A stretch of DNA of 64,000 bases, taken from positions 330,853 to 394,852 of the forward strand of contig CAWINB010000004.1 of assembly GCA_963837465.1 (NCBI GenBank), given 5' to 3'. Positions 59,613-64,000 of the stretch are shown piece after piece (within the stretch, counting starts at the first letter, position 1; each line of letters starts with the position of its first letter). Both the position numbers and the translations under genes were made by a program. Under the pieces are notes generated by a model that was not told the origin of the DNA, ran no database searches, and saw only the letters and a program-made list of their open reading frames with translations. This DNA comes from Candidatus Doudnabacteria bacterium. Its GTDB lineage: Bacteria; Patescibacteriota; Doudnabacteria; UBA920.

Positions 59613-59889
59613 CCCGCGAAGGCTATTTAATGAAACAATAAAATCTAAATTACTAATCCAGAAAAGAAATTGCAGGCTTTAGGGACAAAGCGATCCACGA
59701 CTATGCCGGCCTTCATGCCGGGATAGTTTGGGAAACCATCCAAACGGATTTAAAACCACTACAAACAGCCTTGTTAAAAGTATCATAAGAGCTAAAAGTT
59801 GATATTTTTGACAGGCTGTTTTGTTTTCTCAAAAATGCTATAATGTAATTACTAATTGTTATCTCAACTGGAGATAAAAGCCTCTTTTC

Positions 59890-59947
59890 AAACTAAATAG
59901 TGACTCCTGCAACACAGTTCCTACGTCGGGGTGAACACCTCCTTTCT
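59890..59947 (+). repeat. distal junction of the array: inverted aaatagtgac box plus core CACCTCCTTTCT (59936-59947)
   Basis: cggggtgaaCACCTCCTTTCTttcgc. ggggtgaaca also occurs in repeat Y. aaatagtgac is the reverse complement of the gtcactattt box of the integrase-proximal arms. Confidence 0.6.
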
Positions 59948-60017
59948 TTCGCACATTTTTATATTTGTTCAGACCCTAAGTTTATTGGGAAACTAAGGGT
60001 TATTCAAAAGGTCTATT

Positions 60018-61226
60018 ATGAAAGTCTATGAAGTCTCCGATTCCCAGCAGCCAAATGCCGCTCCAAAAATAAATTACACCAGCGAGCCTACTCCAAAAGC
60101 AACCGGCAAACGGCAGGTTTCCCTTGTCGGCCCCAAAATAATTATCGGGACTATTGTTTTTGTGTTTTTATTGCTGGTCGGCAGCGCCTATGCTTTTCTT
60201 TCGCATTCCCTGTCGCGTACCAGCAAGAGTTTTAAAAATGGCCAGGCCATCAGTTTGGCTTCTTTCGCGGCGGCGGCAAATACCAAGCTTATGGGGGAAG
60301 ACCAGGATCGCACCAATGTTATGATTTACGGGCTAACCGCGGACGGGCTTCGCACCGACACAATAATTTTGGCCTCGTACTACTGGAATGAACGCAAGTT
60401 GGTCATGCTTAACATCCCCAGGGATTTGTACGCCAACTACGACAACCATGATACAAAGATTGTTTCCCTGTACGCCATTGCCAAAGACGCGGATCCGGGG
60501 GACGAGAGCTATCCCCCCCAGTACGTCAGCGACTTTATTTCCAAGGAATACGGCATCCCCGTAGATTACTGGGTCGTTGCCAATATGAATGCCTTTAAAC
60601 AGCTGGTAGATTCCGTTGGCGGCGTAACCATAAATGTGCCAGACTCTTTTACCGATTATGAGTACCCAACTGACGATTACAGCGGCTACATCCGTCCCGC
60701 TCCCCATTTTAGCGCCGGCGTTCAGACCATGGACGGCGCCACGGCGCTTATTTACGCCCGCAGCCGCCATGCCGCCGGGCCGGAAGGCACGGACTTTGCC
60801 AGGAGCAGGCGCCAGCAGGTTATTATAGAGGCGATTTTAAGCAAACTTAAGCAGCAGGGAGCGTTAACCGATGCGACCAAGCTTGATTCCTATCTGCAAA
60901 TTTTTGGCAGCAATGTTTTTACCGATATGACGCCGGCCGAACTGATTAAATCCGGCCAGCTGGCCGGCCAGCTGAATTTATCGCAGGACGTTATTACTGC
61001 CAACTGGAGCAATGATATTGGTTTTTTGTGTGATTCCACGGACGCGGGAGGTTCTTACGTGCTTCGTTACGGCGTTTTGGGCAACTGCACAGGAGCGGCC
61101 GGCGACAACGACAGCTCCCCATACAGGCAACAGGCCGTTAATTATGTACAGAACCTTTTACAGAGCGCGGAACCTCCGGTTTCAACCAGCACGGCCACCA
61201 GCGCCACAACTACCTCGCCTGACTGA
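60018..61226 (+). CDS. LytR-CpsA-Psr (LCP) family protein
   Basis: N-terminal TM, then ...DTIILASYYWNERKLVMLNIPRDL...YARSRH... LCP core; Ser/Thr-rich tail. Confidence 0.8.
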   Translation: MKVYEVSDSQQPNAAPKINYTSEPTPKATGKRQVSLVGPKIIIGTIVFVFLLLVGSAYAFLSHSLSRTSKSFKNGQAISLASFAAAANTKLMGEDQDRTNVMIYGLTADGLRTDTIILASYYWNERKLVMLNIPRDLYANYDNHDTKIVSLYAIAKDADPGDESYPPQYVSDFISKEYGIPVDYWVVANMNAFKQLVDSVGGVTINVPDSFTDYEYPTDDYSGYIRPAPHFSAGVQTMDGATALIYARSRHAAGPEGTDFARSRRQQVIIEAILSKLKQQGALTDATKLDSYLQIFGSNVFTDMTPAELIKSGQLAGQLNLSQDVITANWSNDIGFLCDSTDAGGSYVLRYGVLGNCTGAAGDNDSSPYRQQAVNYVQNLLQSAEPPVSTSTATSATTTSPD

Positions 61227-61445
61227 CTTTTAAGACATAGCTTAATAATCAAATATGTCGCAAACCCCGTAAAATCAATATCTCCATTAATTTAAGTCTT
61301 AAAGGCCAGTAAGCCTTGGCCAATCCATCATCTTCCATGTCCACGCGGGACTGCCCCGGGCCATAGGCTTCCGGCGGCGCGAGTATTGGATTTGTCCCTT
61401 AATAACCCGGTTTTAAACCAGGCTCCGTTGTGATATTATAGAGTC

Positions 61446-62165
61446 ATGTTGAAAATACAGCAGCTTACCAAAAAATTTGGAAACAAAATTGCCTTAAATA
61501 ACGCGGATTTGGAAATAAAATCCGGGGAAGTTTTTTGTCTTATTGGACCCAACGGCGCCGGTAAATCCACACTGGTTAAAATTGTGGCCGGGTTGCTGCA
61601 ACCCAGTTCCGGACAGGTTAGCGTGGAAGGGTTTGACTCGGTTAAAGATCCGGAAAAAACCAAAGCCCGGCTTGGCTATATTCCGGACGAACCCACGGTC
61701 TGGAGCGCTGTTACCGGAGGTGAATTTTTGCGGATTGTGGGCGCGCTATACGGTATAAGCGCCCAAAGGCTTGGGGAAAAAATTCCCGCGCTCCTTTCCG
61801 TGTTCGGCTTAGAAAATATAGAGCAGGATTACTTTGAAGATTACTCACGTGGCAACAAGCAAAAATTTTCTATTTTGGCGGCACTGCTGCACAGCCCAAA
61901 TTTTTTACTGGTAGATGAGCCCATAGTCGGCCTGGATCCCACGAGCGCCGAAATCGCCAAAGTCCAATTTTCGGAATTCGCGAAAAACGGCGGCGGTGTT
62001 TTGATGGTCACCCATACCTTGAGTGTAGCCCAGGCTATTGCCGACCGCATAGGTTTTTTGGAAGACGGCCGGCTGAAAGCCGTAGGCAGTATGGCGGAAC
62101 TGCGTTTAAAAGCCGGCTTGCCGGAAACCTCCTCCTTAGAAGAAGTTTATAAAAAGCTGGTTTAA
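61446..62165 (+). CDS. ABC transporter ATP-binding protein
   Basis: Walker A GPNGAGKST, signature YSRGNKQKFSILAAL, Walker B LLVDEP, H-loop. Confidence 0.9.
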   Translation: MLKIQQLTKKFGNKIALNNADLEIKSGEVFCLIGPNGAGKSTLVKIVAGLLQPSSGQVSVEGFDSVKDPEKTKARLGYIPDEPTVWSAVTGGEFLRIVGALYGISAQRLGEKIPALLSVFGLENIEQDYFEDYSRGNKQKFSILAALLHSPNFLLVDEPIVGLDPTSAEIAKVQFSEFAKNGGGVLMVTHTLSVAQAIADRIGFLEDGRLKAVGSMAELRLKAGLPETSSLEEVYKKLV

Positions 62166-62430
62166 TTTTCGGTCAGAACTTACGCAATCAGTCCAAGGCC
62201 AGGGGTAGCCGGAAAATTTTTTTGCCTTCGTCTTGCCCAGAAGCTAGCTTAAAAATAGTTTGCAGCCCAAAAGATTTATAAGACAGGTTCTAGTTAAATC
62301 CTTGCAGGGCAAGACGTGAGGCAAAACAAATTTATCCGCCAACCCCTGGCTCACGGTCGGGCGCGGAAGCCATGCGCCAACCTTAATTTCAATAACTAAG
62401 CTCGTCCAAAACGGGCAAATCGGCAGGCAA

Positions 62431-64000
62431 ATGCTAAAATTTTTGTGGCAGATAAATTTAAGGCGCTTGCGCCGCTATTTCCGGAAAAATTTTCTGGCCA
62501 AAGCCGTTACCACGGCTATGTTCGCGCTCGTCTTTTGCGGCGTGGCAGGGGGTATTTACGAGTTTTTTTACCGCGGGTTTTTATACTTAAAAACTTTTCC
62601 TTATTTTAGGTCGGCGCTGATGCTGTATTCGTTTGAGATCTTTTTTTTGCTGACTTGTTTTTTAATCTGGCTGGGCTCGGTCATCTCTTTGTTGTTCGGC
62701 TTGTTTAAAAACGGGCGCTCCAATTTTATTATGGCCACGCCAAAATTCGGGACGCTGCGGATTTATACTCTCTGTTCAAGTTTGCTGTCATCAGTCTGGA
62801 TTTTATTGTTTGTTCTGGCTCCGGCGCTGTGGGCCGGGGAGGTGGTTTTTCATAGCGGTTTTTGGGCTTTTATTTTGGAGATGCTGGCCTGCCTGCTGAT
62901 AATTATTTTCTCGGTTTTACTGGCTTACGTCATGATTTTAGGCACGGCTTATATTTGGAGGTTTTTGCTTAAATCCGGCCCTGGGTTTTTGGGATTGGCG
63001 CTGTGCCTGGCCATTTTGACTTTTATGATATTCGGTGTAGTGGCAGCTAAAATTTCCCATAACGATATTGTCGCGATTTTGAGCACGGAAGATTTAAAAT
63101 TAAGCCAGGCTCCGCTTGGTCCTGTGCTGCAAAGTTTTAAATTATTGCCCACCAGCATGGCGGCCCAGATTGTGACTTTCGGCCAGTTGGGAGAGCTGGG
63201 AAAAACTTCCAGTTGTTTTGCCGTCCTGGCGCTTTTGATAATTATTGAGTTGCTGCTGACCTGGCTTTTGGGAAAAGCTTTTTTGCCGCTGTGGCAAAGC
63301 CTGGCGGAGAGCGGCGGGGCGGCCCGCGGGCGGCCCGGGAATAAAATCCCAAAATCAAACTTGCTGAATTCCCCGTTTGGCGCTGTGCTGTATAAAGAAA
63401 AAATACAACTGTTCCGTAATCCCAAAAACGCTTTTTGGCTGATGTTTTTGCTGCTGCTGTGGCTGAGCTATATTGGTTTTACCCTGACTTTTCAGCTGCG
63501 CTTGCGCAAAGACAGTGACCAGATAAGCCAGCTGCCCAATATTATTTTGGCTGTCCAACTGCTGGTTTTGGTTTATTTTGTCAGCGCGCTGTGTTTGCGT
63601 TTCGTGTTTCCTTCGTTTTCTTCCGAGCGTAATACCGCCTGGATTTTTGCCTGTTCGCCTCTGCGTTTGGGTCGGCTGTTGTGGGCCAAGTTTTGGTTTT
63701 TTGCCCTGACGTTTGGAGGATTCGCATTGTTGGCGGAAGCTGTCAATGTTTTATTGCTCAAGCTGCCAGGCGGCCAGGCCGGACTATTTTTAACATTGGG
63801 ACTGACAACAGTTTTTACGCTCTGCGCTTTGGGTCTGTATTTTGGGGTCAAATTTGCCAATTTTGAAACTGACGATCCCCAGGCTTTGGGCACCTCCGTT
63901 CCCGGCCTGATCTTTATGCTTTGCGCCGTAATCTATGGAGCCTTGTCCGCCTACGTTTATTATGTTTTTTTATCCGCCGCTTTGCCGGCGCTGCCCGTGA
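62431..64000 (+). CDS. large polytopic membrane protein (probable ABC-2 type permease), 3' end beyond the window
   Basis: Uninterrupted reading frame from ATG 62431 to the window end (>520 codons, absent from the ORF track because no stop is reached). Hydrophobic multi-TM composition; adjacent to the ABC ATPase. Confidence 0.65.
   Translation, partial: MLKFLWQINLRRLRRYFRKNFLAKAVTTAMFALVFCGVAGGIYEFFYRGFLYLKTFPYFRSALMLYSFEIFFLLTCFLIWLGSVISLLFGLFKNGRSNFIMATPKFGTLRIYTLCSSLLSSVWILLFVLAPALWAGEVVFHSGFWAFILEMLACLLIIIFSVLLAYVMILGTAYIWRFLLKSGPGFLGLALCLAILTFMIFGVVAAKISHNDIVAILSTEDLKLSQAPLGPVLQSFKLLPTSMAAQIVTFGQLGELGKTSSCFAVLALLIIIELLLTWLLGKAFLPLWQSLAESGGAARGRPGNKIPKSNLLNSPFGAVLYKEKIQLFRNPKNAFWLMFLLLLWLSYIGFTLTFQLRLRKDSDQISQLPNIILAVQLLVLVYFVSALCLRFVFPSFSSERNTAWIFACSPLRLGRLLWAKFWFFALTFGGFALLAEAVNVLLLKLPGGQAGLFLTLGLTTVFTLCALGLYFGVKFANFETDDPQALGTSVPGLIFMLCAVIYGALSAYVYYVFLSAALPALPV

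Noticed and set aside
59808-59850. Promoter-like TTGACA ... TATAAT upstream of the LCP gene
   Set aside because: Spacer between the hexamers is ~25 nt, too long for a canonical sigma70 promoter.

Overview
The window divides into two parts. Roughly 1-17.9 kb is an ordinary chromosomal neighbourhood. It carries a MazF/EndoA-like toxin, a bPH-domain membrane protein, an IS630-family insertion, Fe/Mn superoxide dismutase, rny-ymdB, a MntA/HepT toxin-antitoxin pair, yraN, nusA, clpP, an rve-type IS element immediately upstream of a consensus rRNA promoter, and a complete 16S rRNA gene with an expansion insertion. The part from the 16S 3' end at 17861 to about 59947 (~42 kb) is different. The 12-nt 16S terminus CACCTCCTTTCT (anti-Shine-Dalgarno) recurs five more times, three times in full and twice as a 7-nt CACCTCC version, and three of these copies are each followed by a conserved structured ~260-nt arm and a paralogous tyrosine recombinase gene. 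I read this as a tandem array of integrative elements that target the 16S 3' end. This also separates the 16S from any 23S or ITS tRNA, neither of which appears in the 46 kb downstream. The array carries a diversity-generating retroelement (reverse transcriptase, Avd-like gene, 129-nt TR/VR pair with 26 substitutions, all at TR adenines), a Type III R-M system (mod-res), a Type II R-M system (C5-methyltransferase plus overlapping candidate restriction endonuclease), BrnT/BrnA, AbiEi/AbiEii and a Panacea-domain antitoxin with an SH3-barrel-like candidate toxin. It also carries a plasmid-like Rep/ParB/DnaD-like module, three additional divergent tyrosine recombinases (one truncated by an IS256 fragment), an IS3 remnant, homopolymeric G11/C9 tracts and several structured non-coding regions. 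Ordinary-looking genes resume after 59947: an LCP family protein, an ABC ATPase and a large membrane protein running off the window end. No CRISPR array or tRNA was found.
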